DNA of 64,000 nucleotides, from the NCBI RefSeq assembly GCF_030144855.1, contig NC_082708.1:45136001-45200000 (forward strand). The letters are read 5' to 3'. This DNA comes from Hypanus sabinus (lineage: Eukaryota). A model generated the notes under the pieces. The model had not been told where the DNA came from and made no database searches. It saw only the letters and a program-made list of their open reading frames with translations. Below are positions 1-12,914 of the stretch, piece by piece (within the stretch, counting starts at the first letter, position 1; the number at the start of each line of letters is the position of its first letter). The position numbers were made by a program, and so were the translations under genes.

Positions 1-639
1 CAATGCACAAATGTTATTGTACATATAATTTGAATTATTTCTTCAATTATAGATGGTATGCAGCACTTGAACTAAAATTAAACATACTTTGCACAGTGAG
101 GAATGAATTTATTTCTGCCAACTAAAGGTTTATGGTGAGAGCCCAGCCAAGTACATGGTTTAATGTTAACATTTGCCTATCCTTTTGTGATCTGTAATCC
201 CAGTTAGTGCACTGAAACTAGTTCAGTAGAGAAGTGCAGAAATAGTTTTTTTTTCTAAGCGCAACCTACATAGCAAAACTGATTTATTGTATAGCAGAAA
301 ATAATTCATTATTAGCAAAGCATATAGAAGAAATTACTTGTTAATCTTTTAACAATCTACCTGTCAGTGGAATGCCAGTCATGCAGGGTGGAGACATTTT
401 GGCATTGCAAATAACACAGATTGTATATTGTGACACTGACATGAGCCCTTCACAAGAAACAAATGGAATTGAAATAGTGCAATTTCTACATGAAGTAAAC
501 AACATAGCAGCTGTACTTCATCTATAGTATACAGACCAACCCTGAGTTATGAATGCCCAACTTATGGATTCCCATTACATGAAAATAAGCTCCTACAGTT
601 TTATTATGTTCAAAAGTCCAATGTATGTCCATGAATTCA

Positions 640-840
640 NNNNNNNNNNNNNNNNNNNNNNNNNNNNNNNNNNNNNNNNNNNNNNNNNNNNNNNNNNNNN
701 NNNNNNNNNNNNNNNNNNNNNNNNNNNNNNNNNNNNNNNNNNNNNNNNNNNNNNNNNNNNNNNNNNNNNNNNNNNNNNNNNNNNNNNNNNNNNNNNNNNN
801 NNNNNNNNNNNNNNNNNNNNNNNNNNNNNNNNNNNNNNNN
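640..840. other. Assembly gap (201 N)
   Basis: Run of N; the ORFs spanning it are artefacts. Confidence 0.99.
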
Positions 841-844
841 TGAG

Positions 845-1131
845 CTGGCACATACCAGCAGCTCAAGGACAGCTTCTACCCCATGGTTATGAGATATTGA
901 ATGGTTCCCTGGTCTGCTTATGAGATATTGAATGGTTCCCTGGTCTGCTGACCTCGCAGTTGAGTTCATTATGTTCCTGTCTACCTGCACTGCACTTTCT
1001 TTGCAGCTGTTGCACTTTTATTCTGTTCTTTTATTGTGTAACCTTGTATTACCTCAGTGCACTATGTACTGATAAGATCCATGTGAACACTATGCAAGAC
1101 AAGCTTCTCGCTGTACCTCAGTACATGTGAC
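845..1131 (+). mobile_element. 3' end of a Rex1/Babar-type LINE
   Basis: Resembles the LINE 3' end at 59400-59610 (CCAG..CTCAAG(G/A)ACA.. ..TTGAA..TTCC.. GACCTC..TCTACC). Contains a 31-bp tandem duplication at 887-948. Confidence 0.6.
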
Positions 1132-1800
1132 ATTTCCAAATCACCAAAGGAAAGGAAGGTTTCCATTCCAAGTACGTCCAACACGACTGACAAAATTCGA
1201 ACGTCTTTGTCCCAATATGATAACAAGATCATCTTAATTCAGGAGCATTCAGGTATGATAATCACATTGGTACTGATAAAGATGTCAGCAATTCAGAGTA
1301 ACAATGTTTTTCTACTTCAAACTAAATGTTGTACCTCCAGCACTGACGGGGGCAAGGGACAAACATCATTAACGGTTGCCTAATTATCATCATCGACTAA
1401 AGTATTCTCACTCTGAAAAAGGATTAAATTTGACAGAAGTACTTTCTGAGAAGCAAACAGTCTCTGCTGTTGTTTTGAAAGAAGAGATAAAAACCAACCA
1501 CAGCACAGAATTCTATTTGTTCCTACTACTTGCTTCAAAAGATCCATGCGCCTGGATTCCTAATTGCCCCAGCAGCTAAGATCCAACTGCAGACAGAGGG
1601 GTTTATATCTCATTGGCAGTGGGTATTTGGCTACAGATGCAAATGGTATTTCCTACTCCAACTCTGTTTGCAGGTAGAAATGCTGTTACTATTATTGTTA
1701 CCAGAATGGGTGGCTGCCGAAGGACCCAGGACACATTCTGCCATGCTAGCCAGCTATCACATGAGGAACAAGTCTAAAAAAGAGATACAAATCACAGTCA

Positions 1801-1932
1801 TCTGTCCAGAAGAAGGGTCTCATCCCAAATCATCAACTATCTAAATATTTCCATAGATGCTGCCCGACCTGCAGAGTCCTCCAACATTTTGTGTGTGTTG
1901 CTCTGGATTTCCAGCATCTGCAGAATTACTCC
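1801..1932 (+). mobile_element. Penelope-like element terminal segment (solo, degenerate hammerhead motif)
   Basis: GAAGGGTCTC..CCATAGATGCTGCC.GACCTGC.GAGT.CTCCA.CATTTTGTGTGT..TTCCAGCATCTGCAG; homologous to the terminus of the GIY-YIG element at 19.9-21.1 kb. Confidence 0.75.
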
Positions 1933-2319
1933 TATTTACTGTCATCAGATTTGTTTGATGGAGCCATTGTGGCAGTGTATTGATACATCTAGAAAATAAG
2001 ACTGATGTATTTTCGGTTGTGATGTGTTTATCTTATAAAAGCACTTCATGACAAGTAACATTAACATGAAGTAAACCAAGTAAAGGTGAATTAGGGGATT
2101 AGTGAGTCTTCACTAGGAAACTAGGGACATTTGCACAGCTAACAATGCACTACAAGCACACACTCATGCATACTACAAATGAGCCAAGGATATGAGTTAT
2201 GTGTTATTCTGTGGGCCACACACGTAACCTGTGCAGGTTCCTGCTATGCTCTGCAGTCAGCTTATTCTTTCAGATGCCCAGAGACATGATGAAATGACAT
2301 CAAATGGTGTGTTTAAACT

Positions 2320-2725
2320 CTACCTGAATACTCTCAGGATAGCTTCCTCCTCATATATTAACACTTTCATTTCCAGAATCATACTTGTGAACCTCCTCTG
2401 GACCCTCTCCAATGCCAGCACATCTTTTCTTAGATAAGGGGTCCAAAACGGCTCACAAAACTCCAAGTGCGATCTGACCAATGCTTTCTGAAGGCTCAGC
2501 ATTTACATCCTTGATTTTATATTCTAGTCCTCTCAAAATAGATGGTAACATTGTATTTGCCTTCGTCACCACTGAATCAACCTGCAAATTAACTTTTAGG
2601 CCAGCACAAGGACTCCCAAGTCCCTTCGCAGCTCAGGTCTTTGAATTTTCTCTCCATTTAGAAAATAGTCTAACCTTTTATTCCTTCTACAAAAGTGTAT
2701 GACTGTACACTTCAGTACACTATAA
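2320..2725 (-). mobile_element. CR1 LINE ORF2 fragment
   Basis: ALVRSHLEFCEPFWTPYLRKDVLALERVQRRFT is the typical CR1 RT C-terminal motif. Confidence 0.9.
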
Positions 2726-2732
2726 TCCATCA

Positions 2733-2845
2733 CAAGCAACACACACAAAATGCTGGAGGAACTCAGCAGGCCAGGCAGCATCTATGGAAAAAAGTACAGT
2801 TGATGTTTCGGGCCGAAATTCTTCAGCAGGACTGGAGGAGAAAAG
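2733..2845 (-). mobile_element. Penelope-like terminal segment
   Basis: ACACACAAAATGCTGGAGGAACTCAGCAGGCCAGGCAGCATCTATGG..TTTCGGGCCGAAA; a family repeated throughout the window. Confidence 0.8.
2798..2833 (-). ncRNA. Degenerate minimal type I hammerhead ribozyme motif
   Basis: Minus strand reads AGTC-CTGCTGA-AGAATTTCGGCCC-GAAA-CATC-AACT versus the core CUGANGA..GAAA..UH; has a core substitution (A>C), so probably inactive. Confidence 0.55.
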
Positions 2846-3179
2846 CTAATTCCACTTACTGAACCTAATTTTCAGTTGACTTTCTAGTAATATGGATGCC
2901 TTCATTGCAATGTTCCTGGTATACCTTCAGGACGTTGCATTTATACCCTGCTAAGATAAACAAATATGAATTAGTCACGGCTGTCAAACAGATTTCAAAA
3001 TTAACTCCATGCTTTGCTTTCAGTACTTTAGATCAAGTCATAAATTTGATTAACAGACATTTCTTTGATCTTTGAAAGAATTGAAACAAACTTCTAGTTT
3101 CTATAATGTGAGAAGTACTAACAGTGTTATTTTTGTCAGCAGAGTGGTTCTTGGCTCTGGGCTGCAGTATTCTTGTGGT

Positions 3180-3795
3180 TCCTGTTCTCATGAGATGACA
3201 CTTCATCAGTGTAATTCACAGCTGAATGGAAATCAGGCCAATGGCAGAATCTATTTTAAATGGAGCAGGAATGCAGAGTGCTGCAGTGCAGAATGATCAT
3301 ACTGTCTCATATAGTAAGCACAAAAAGTCAACATGCTCATATACATCAATTAGCAAAGAAAACCGAACCTGGGCCCGATAGCGAGTCCACAGTTGGAGTA
3401 CTGAGTCACCTTATTGATGGAAGCAGTTCAAGGCAATTTACTGAGTTGACATCTAGGATAGCGGAGGCAGCATATGGAGAAATGATCTTGAAGATCAGAA
3501 GATTGAAAGGTGATATTATTGAAGATATGAAAGATTTGATAAGGTAATAAGATTCCACTGGAAAGATCTAGAATTGGAGGGGCAAGAAGGAGACAATAGT
3601 TTCAGAATAAGAAGTCACATGTTTAAGATGGAGGTGAGCAAGAATCTTGTCTCTCAGGAGAATGTGAATCTTTGGAATTCTCTCCCTGTGATAGCTATAG
3701 AAGCAGAGTTATTTTGGATCTATTGCAGACACCGGGATTCTGGACAACAGCCAGTAAAGTGGGGTTGAAGTCAATCTGTGATCAACCACAATCTT
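3180..3795 (+). mobile_element. Degenerate CR1 LINE 3' portion
   Basis: RRLKGDIIE and FRIRSHMFKMEVSKNLVSQENVNLWNSLP match the CR1 ORF2 C-terminus. Confidence 0.8.
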
Positions 3796-3799
3796 GAAT

Positions 3800-4350
3800 T
3801 GAAATTACTTTTTTTCTTACATCCTTCACATACATGAGGAGTAAAAATCCTTACATTACTTCACTGGCCAAATGTACAATGTGCAATCATGGTAATTTAT
3901 AATAATTTACAACAAATAGAACAGTCCATGTAACATAGAAATGCACTCCAATTAGCATGAGTTAATCAGTCTGATGGCCTGGTGAAAGAAACTGTCCCAG
4001 AGTCTGTTGGTCCTGGCTTTTATGCTGCGGTACCGTTTCCTGGATGGTAGCGGCTGGAATAGATCATGGTTGGGGTGACTCAAGTCCCCAATGATCCTTC
4101 AGACCCTCTTTTCACACCCGTCTTTGTAACTGTCCTGAATCATGGGAAGTTCACAATTGCAGATGTTCTGCACTGTCTGCATCACTCTCTGCAGAGTCCT
4201 GCGATTGAGGGAGGTACAGTTCCCATACCAGGCAGTGATGCAGCCAGTCAGGATGCTCTCAATTGTGCTCCTGTAGAAAGTTCTTAGGATTTGGGAGCCC
4301 ATACCAAACTTCCTCAACCGTCTGAGGTGAAAGAGGAACTGTTGTGCCTT
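3800..4350 (-). mobile_element. Rex1/Babar-type LINE 3' portion
   Basis: LRTFYRSTIESILTGCITAWYGNC..LQRVMQT motif; its 3' UTR is shared with 29130-29530. Confidence 0.85.
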
Positions 4351-5948
4351 TATGATCTTCCTGAATATCAGAGATTGTTGAAAAGATTAGCCCTATTCTA
4401 ACTTCCTATCTTCTTGTAATAAGAATGGCCAGTAAATAAATTAGGTAGCAGGGTCACAAGCAAGGAGGATATACGTCCCAAGAAAACACAAATGATTGCT
4501 TTATTGGTGACTGCTGCCCAAATTTCAATTTCCATAAAGCTTCTGATAATTAGATTGAAGGCAGATCAGTGTGTATAAAGAGGCTTGTTGGATTTTCCAC
4601 TGCACTCCATATGACTATATGGAATAAAAACAGGATCTGCTGAATCAGTCGCTTCAGCGTTCTCTGCCGTTCCATTCAGTAAGATTACGACTGATCCAAA
4701 CCTTGACACAAACCTGCTACACCATTTCAGAAGATTATGGCTGCTCCAGCCATAAATTCAGTCCTCAATCTTGCCTTCCTTTGGCGACTTCCTTTTTACT
4801 ATCTGTTCATTTCAAAAATCAACTAGAAAGACTCAATGCTTTCTGACAGACTAGAAAGAAATCATTTTATTATTGTTATGTGCAAAATAACTTATCTGTC
4901 AACAGATCTCTTTGGTATGTAATCTGAGAGTTCCACATGTGCTGTTCCATTTGGGAGTGTTGACTAAATATCATATTCTATTTCAGCAGAGGATCGGAGA
5001 TAGTGTAGAACTAAAGCTAAATGGTAACTGGATTACCCCATAAGCACCTTATGACATTATTATTGGGGAGATAATGACTGGATTTTTTGTCAGAAAGTAA
5101 TTAAATTTTAATGGAGTTCACTTGGTTGTTACACACTCCTTTGGAAGGCAATAAAACTGTATGCAGAGCCAGACATGAATGTTTGAGTTGTTCTTTATTT
5201 CAGTTACAGAAGTCGAACAAAAAATAGATACCTGCTCTTCCTTAAGGCACAATAATGCCTTTATTCAATATTCAAGACTCAAGATCTTGGAAACATGAAT
5301 AAAGGCATTGTTGTCATAAGAATAACGGATTAGAACAGAAAACAAGTTATCTTCACATCTTTAAGGCACAATATTGCCTTTATAATACAAATGAGACAAA
5401 TTTGTATAATCCATCTCCAAGGCATTTCCCTTCCTTTGCAAGATTTAAGCACAGGTAGCAAAATGACTGTACTGGATATAAAATTTCAATACAAAACTTG
5501 TTTTTGGTGTAATTAAACTAATGTATTACATAAATATGTAACTATTTAATGTAAAGTGTTAAGATTCTAATCACTGAACAAATGAAAGGAAATACAATTA
5601 GATTTTTGAGATAACATTGACTAAATCATATCTTTAAATTTCCAAAGAAGTTGCGCTACTGCCACTGATAGATCATAACTGTATTCTCTTATGTCCACGT
5701 GTAATGCTTGCAGTGATATATTGGCTTCATAAAGTTTGACCAGAGCATTTGATTTTCAGGAGCATGGTGTCCTCTCCCAAAACAATCTCTGCTTTAAAAA
5801 GCAAATTTTTCCTGTTTTGGATCTGCTTCTTTTTGTTAATGATTTGTTAAAAGCTCAAATGCACAAAATTGAAATGACAGATAATGGAGACACACAGTGC
5901 ACAAGCCCATTTATCCTATGACGTTCACACGAACCATCAACCATCTTT

Positions 5949-6007
5949 TACCAAGGATTCCCAAACTGGGGTCTGCTGACCCCTTGCTTAATGATATTGG
6001 GCCATGT
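5949..6007. mobile_element. Short MITE fragment (hAT-like end)
   Basis: CCAAGGATTCCCAAACTGGGGTC..CCCCTTG.TTAAT..CCATG is homologous to 62556-62632. Confidence 0.5.
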
Positions 6008-6074
6008 ACCTGCTGCAGTAATAGATTATCAACTGACCCACCCACAGCAAGTTCTGGCCAAATTGCCCTTTCAA

Positions 6075-6350
6075 TGGGCGGCATGGTTGTATAATGGTTG
6101 GCACAACGCTTTACAATACCAGCGACTCGGGTTCAATTCCCACCGCTGTCTGTACATTCTCCCCATGATGGCGTGAGTTTCCTCCAAGTGCTCTGGTTTC
6201 CTCCCACAGTCCAGAGATGTACCAATTACTAGGGTAGTTGGTCATTATAACTTGTTCCATGATTAGGCTAGGGTTAAATTTGGGGTTGCTGAGCAGTGTG
6301 GCTCGAAGGGCCAGAGGGGCGTACTCCACACTCTCTCTCAATGAATAAGT
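6075..6350 (+). mobile_element. tRNA-derived V-SINE (HE1-like)
   Basis: A-box-like TGGTTGTATAATGG, B-box GGTTCAATTCC (~6130), V-domain GTTTCCTCCAAGTGCTCTGGTTTCCTCCCAC, and an AATAA-rich tail. Confidence 0.8.
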
Positions 6351-9300
6351 ATATAAATAAATGTATCAGGAGTATCAAAGCAAGTGGGGTGTTGCAACAG
6401 CAATGTGATTCCACACTCCAACCTTGCAGCATAGACTCAGTACATGTCTGTTCTGTGACCCCACCAAGCATACCTTTCTAATACTTGTTCAAGCCGGTTC
6501 AAACCTGGCATCCTTATGCCAAAGAGATCTATCTGCCAAATAGACTTTCAAACCGTGATGTTAAAAGTGGTCCCCAGGAGCCCAGATATGTTTGGTTCTG
6601 TTCAGCAAACCTACTTTAAACGTTGGATCAGTCTGACATATCCAGCCTTTAGCACACAGCACAGTTTACACAGGGTAGTGCGCCTAACCATATCATTCAA
6701 TTCTCACCATCTGGACTTGTTCAGTTACTGCAAACTTGTGGCCATGATGTTAGCCCACTCAAGATACGCTAGCTTGAGCCAATTTTCACTCTTGGCGGTG
6801 ACTAAAACAAGGCAATGGCTGGACATTCAGTCCACTCCCAAGAATGCGACTGGCTTTGATCCCATCTTTGAATGGTTTAGTTGAGTGAAACTATTCCTAA
6901 CATCCTCCTGTACGTATCAAATTTCCTTCTAAACACACTCTGGCTATCATATTTCAGAGTTTAGTATACTTATTGAAACAGCATTACCACATTAGTCCTT
7001 GGTGTAGTCAGCAACACTTCGAAGAATACAAGGATGACCAGCATTAACGGCTCTGAACTGACCTACACCTCATGCAAAGACTGACATCCTGGTTTTCCTT
7101 ACCAAAGCAAAACGTAACTTCACTTACTACCCTGATTGTTATACATGAAGTCATTCCTTTAGAAAAACATTAAGTGAAGGTTGTCTTGTTCTAAAGTACT
7201 ATGATGGACAGCAAAACCATAAAGACTATTTTTAGGGAGGAAGTGATGAGTTCCTGTTATTCCTTGTTATTATTATTTGTCAGTTGGACTGTCAATGGAC
7301 TGATTACATTAGGGGTGAAGCTCTTTGTAATATTCAGTCAGGTTTTAATAGGATCACCTTGACACACATTTGATTTAACTGAATTTCAGAGATGGTGCTA
7401 AGACTTAAAACACCACACATAAGATCAAAGAATCAGATTTTTGGTCAACATTTTTGTCTTTTGATATCTTTCAATTTAAGCCATGAACAAATTAACTTTT
7501 GAGGTACTACAGATGCCCAGATTTAATTAGAAGTAATTCCTAAATTAGGCCACTCCTGCTGAAGGTAGATTGTACCAATCATTTTAAAATGATAGAAAGT
7601 ATCTCAAATTATAATAATGGTAAATTTAAGTAATATTAAAATGGCATTAATTAAAGTAGGTTCAATCATGAAATGGAAGATATTTATTATCTGATATTGT
7701 ACTACATATAAACTGTTGTTTTTAGAAGGTTCTGATAACAAATCATATACTTTCATAATTCCTGAAAAAATACTGACATTGCAATTTCATATCTCACTCT
7801 GGCATCAGACATCTGATTGACTGAAAAGAAAAAGTAAGGAGTCATAATTTTCTAATTATTCAGGTTCAAGTGTAATTATGCAGACTCACTGTATTCATTC
7901 TGCTCACCAGCAATGGGAAATAATAACAATTAGTATATTTTTTGTCAAATTTACAATCTAATTCAACAAAATGTTTAAATATATTTACAATATAATGTGA
8001 AATTCATAATGTTTGTTGAAGCCATACCAGGGTATTATTATGTATAAATATTCCTCACAGTGCTTCCTTGTGTCTGTTTGAGGAGCAGGAAAGCTGTCAA
8101 ATAATATATCAAATTCAGATTCAAGTAATCAAATTGTAATTCCTTTTAACAGACTGAATGCCCTTTAGCAGAAGTGTCTTACTTATATGTGCTGTTAATA
8201 GACTCACTCACTGATGGAAACAAACAGCAAGGACTCATTTCATTGAAAAACGTAGTAACAAAGTTACAGGGATTGCTAAGTTGGTGGTTTGGAACTTGCT
8301 GGCAGCTTTAAACAGATGACTGGCATTTAGCCATCTAAAAGGCAGAAGTCCAGGACACTGGCACATGCTTTGTCAAGTGTGTAGATTCTGGGCTTTCCTA
8401 ATAACTAAAGGACCACACGTGTCAACACATTCAGTTACTGATCGTCATTCCTCAGTAGTTGCACTGGGGACTCATATCGCCGATGGCATGGTCTAGCCTA
8501 GGAGCTCAGGTGTTAATGATTTCAATGGGGATTGTGGGACTCTAAACTAAAAAAAGATGAAAAGTTACTTGTCTATGTTTATTTTGTTTAATTTTAATGT
8601 TTATAAATATTAATAATTGTTTTAGGTGCTTTCATATTGGTGTATTTTAATTTTCCTTAGGGACATTCAAAATCCCTTTTGATCACTGCCAAAGTTGGGT
8701 GTGAGAACTTGCTGGCTAGCAAAGTCTTTGAAAATGTTTCAGGGGGTCTTCTTCACTCCACCTCTAAAAGTCATGTTGCCGCTACTACATAGGAAACTTC
8801 AGCCTCGGGCTTTGGTCCTCTACGAGCAGCCTGTTAAATGCAGGAATGGAAGCATCGTAAGTGTCAGTGCTGAACATCGCAATGCTTTTTATTCTCCAGT
8901 TGAAACCGAGAATGAATAAAAGAGGTAGCAGTTTCACCAGTTTTATTGGGAGCAGACAAGCATTCTCACTTTCCTTTGAAGGCACTGGTGGTACTATTAA
9001 CCTTTCCCCTTGACTCCCGGTACAGTGCAGTTCAATGGAAGTTTTGACCTAGCTGTCACCAGTATTAGAACATGAACATCAAGGGCAGCAGCACTTTCCT
9101 TCTTGCTAAACCAGTGATGCTGAGGCCAATACATATAACACACTCTTTGCTAACACAGGTCAAGTTAATTCGCACTGAGCAGAAATGAAATTTGATAGCT
9201 TCTTGTTTTACAATTGAAATCAATAGAGGAATCATCAGAAGAAAGCCACTTCTTGGATTATTTGTCCCCAACAACTCATTGGAATAGAAGCAGTTTTTGG

Positions 9301-11439
9301 GTTGATATTTAAAACCGACATTTTGTACAAAAATAATTATCAAATTCAAGTTTAAAAAATAGTCCAGTAAAAATACTATTTAACAACTTCATTAATTTTT
9401 CTACCCAGTGCTCTTTTCAGTGAACCTCTCAACTGAGTGCATGAAACACTGCCAGCAGTTCATTTCTACAGAAAGCAGAATCCAGTGCACTATGTAAAGT
9501 TTACTCATTGAAGTAACTCCCTGTATGTATTTTGCAACATAACATTCCTGATTTAGCACATGATGATGTATTAATGACTCCTTATACTGACAGAATGAAG
9601 TAAAATAGGTTATGTGGCATCACTCTTTAATATGCTCCCAAAATAAAACATTTTTTCCCATAATTAATCATTCAAGAAAGACTTTGTGGATCATCCATTC
9701 TAAAGTGATGGATTGCAGTGAATCCGCTTAAAAGGAGCACCCTTAATGGCAAATACTTACGTTATCAAGCACGGTCAACTGTTGAGGGAATGAATCAGCT
9801 GAACAAATGTTTTCTTTTTAATATGCAAAATGGACATTAAAATGACCTCATTAAAGATTTTAAGATTATAAGTAGAATTGACAAATGAAATTTAGGCAAA
9901 TGACTTATTATTGCTGAAAACTTCAAGTTTCTTTCTGAGAAGTATGAGATCTTCAAGAACTTGATGAGAGATAGAGTATGAAGGGGTAAAATTCATCAAA
10001 AGGACATTGGCCTGTTAGGACTGAATACATTACACACTTTTGTTACAAGTTGCTACCCTGAATAATCAGTGATTGTTACTGAAAGAGTGTGGCTTGTTTT
10101 GGTAACAGTTGGAGTTAGTTAAGGTTTTTTATTATATATTTTCTCACTTTTCTATTTGAAATCCATTGTAAATACCATTAGCTGGTTGTAAACTTCTCCA
10201 TGAATCTGATTGTAATGCACTTGTGTACCTCTTGCACTGAATATTTGCAAGAATATTTTGCAAAGTCTAATTTTACCCAGAACGCCTGTGACAAGATGAC
10301 AAAGTCGACAAGAAATAAGGTTCATTTAAAACATGTGAAGTACAACTTGAATCTACACCAAAGACACTGTAATCTGTTAAATTTACGTCCTGTTTGACAG
10401 ATAACAGTGGACTATTATCTGAGAACCTTGGATTGTATTGAAAAACCTTACAAATACCAACACTGCAAACAAAAAAACAAGTTTGAAAGTTGTGGAATTC
10501 CATTCAAGCAGTGCAAAAGAATTTTCTTTGAGCCAAGGGAAATAAATTTGACTAGATCTTGACAGTATCAAGGTACTCCAAAAAGCTTTCAGCTTGATAA
10601 CAGACTAAAGCCTTGTTCTCACAATGAACTGCAGTGCTGAAAAGATTTAACATGCTACATAAATGTCGATTTCTTCAGTTAAATTCCAATTATAACCTGA
10701 GTGCAAACTGATGGCAATGCCTCTTTTAAAAAGGTGCTGAAATACTTAGCAAAGTAACATCTGCAAGTGATCATACACATGAAGGGAAACTTTAATAAAA
10801 AGCATTTATCAATGGGTTTTATTCTTTGACAGAGATTTGCTTGTTATGCACTCATCTCAACCTCTTCCTCAGTGTTTTAATTATAATGGGTCAATGATAA
10901 GAATCAACACAGGCTTTCAAACACGTTTTAGAGCAGGACAGGTTTTGCTTTGTTGGAAATAGAGTATTTGTAGTGATCTCCTAATTGAGGCACCACCAAC
11001 ATTCTTATTACTATTTCAGTACCTTTCTCCCACTAGCATTCTTCACATAAGTGCTGTTTTAATGGTACTTAAATCAAATGCATTCATCAAAAATGCTGAC
11101 GAGAATAGCAAATGACCATTATAAACCTGTGGTAATTATACTATATTCATCACTCTGCAAATACATTTACAAATACATATGATAAAGGCTTTTTGAAAAT
11201 ATTCTGAAACAAGCATATGTGCCTTGAATGATAAGAAAAATTGCACACTTCTCTATCTACAAGTTTTCTTTAAATTTATCACTCTGCATGCCAAAGTCCA
11301 CAATGTGTAGTGGGAGCAATGAGGTGGCACCCTTCTTAATCAGCACGGGCACTTTATTTTAAACCTAACAAAAAGAGTTCTCTTTTTGTCCACTCTAATG
11401 TTGTGCAGTCTTAATCCTGTTTCTTTGTTTACAAAACTA

Positions 11440-11890
11440 AAGAACAAAACTACTCATAGATAGTCGTGGGGTTTTTCAATATCTAGGTAGATTGGGTGCT
11501 GGATCCCAAGAGAGAGAATTTGTCAAATGCCTTTGAGATGGCTTTTTAGAGTAGCTTGTGGTTGAGCCCACTAGGGGGAAAGCAATTCTGGATTGGGTGC
11601 TGTGCAGTAGGAGGTAGTGTTCATAATATAATAGAATTCATACTGCAGTTTAAGAGGGAGAAGAAAAAATCAGATGTATCAGTGCTGCAATGGAGTAAAG
11701 CACATTACAGAAGCATGAGAGAGGAGCTGATCAAAGTTAATTGGAAGAGGACACTGTCAGGGACGATGGCAGAACAGCAATGGCTGGAGCTTCTGTGGGC
11801 AATTCTGTGGTGCAGGAGAGATACATCCCAAAGATGAAAAAGTATTCTAAAAGGAGGATGAGGCAATGGTGGCTCACAAAATATACCCAA
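11440..11890 (+). mobile_element. CR1 LINE ORF2 fragment (endonuclease/linker)
   Basis: HNIIEF..WSKAHYRSMREELIKVNWKRTL..EQQWLE; homologous to 46500-47000. Confidence 0.75.
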
Positions 11891-12419
11891 CCAACCCTCC
11901 TGCTGAAAAAAGAAGAGTTATATCATTGTCACAAGCAAAACTGATGAAGTTCTGTGTAAGAGCAAATTAACAATTGCATGCAAGATTTGTGGTGGTAGCA
12001 GATGGGAAAAGCTCAAACTCCTGTCAGAATAATTTCTGATCATGAAGATTTTCTCTTTGCCTGGTCATCAGAAGGGCAGCACCTACAATGTAGCTTCTTT
12101 CAAAGAACACAGTCAAGGTATTGTTGACCAGGGTTTGTACCCACAACCTTTTCATTCAGGAAATCAAATGAGCTAAGCTAGTACTCATTTACTGTTGAAT
12201 TTTGTCTTTACTTTTGCAATATCATCAATGAACTGCTACTCCGGAATGCAAAAAGTTTAGTTATTTGCATTCTTCTGTTTCCAATGTTACAAGGTGATTC
12301 ATTCATTTGTTTGTCCGCACACGCACGTGTGTGTTTGTGTGTGAGAGGCAGAGTCTGTGTACATTATATCTCACAGGCATATCTTCCACCATCTGCATTG
12401 AAATTTTAAGAGTCAAAAT

Positions 12420-12720
12420 CAGCATTGGGCTTATTCTGGTTTATCAGCATCATTCTGTTATATGACATTAAATTTGTTATTTTGCAGAATGAGTACAGTG
12501 CAAGATATGAAATTACTATACAAGATAAATACATTGTGGAATAATGAGATAGTGTTCATATACCATTCAAAAATCCAATCGAGATGGGGAAGAAGCTGTT
12601 TCTGAATCTTTATGTGTAGGTCTTCAGGCTCGTGTACCACACCCCTGATGGTAGGAACAAAACGAGGGCATGTCCTAGGAGCAAGGGTCCTAACTGATGA
12701 ATGACACCATCCTGAGGCTT
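12420..12720 (-). mobile_element. Degenerate Rex1/Babar-type LINE 3' fragment
   Basis: GGGGAAGAAGCTGTT.CTGAA..TCTTCAGGCTC.TGTACC is shared with 35030-35070. Confidence 0.65.
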
Positions 12721-12914
12721 CATCTTCCATTTTGTCTGCAGCCACACGCTGAGCTATGGAGAAAAAAGAAGCCATATTCATCAGCTGTTTCTAAACCTGA
12801 TTCACCTGCTTTACTGTTGGAATCACTAACGAGTCACTACTTCCATAAATACTGCCAATTGCTATGGAACTGACTGAAATTATTTATCACCAATCTGGTA
12901 TAACGAGTTCAATA

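Noticed and set aside
522-990. ORFs spanning the first gap (also 29749-30302)
   Set aside because: Open only because of N runs.
6075-6145. tRNA gene
   Set aside because: The A/B boxes belong to a SINE head followed by a V-domain; no cloverleaf.
8743-8856. Plus-strand exon candidate (TTTCAG|..ATC|GTAAGT, 38 codons)
   Set aside because: The peptide GVFFTPPLKVMLPLLHRK.. is unrecognised, the acceptor is weak, and no partner exons were found.
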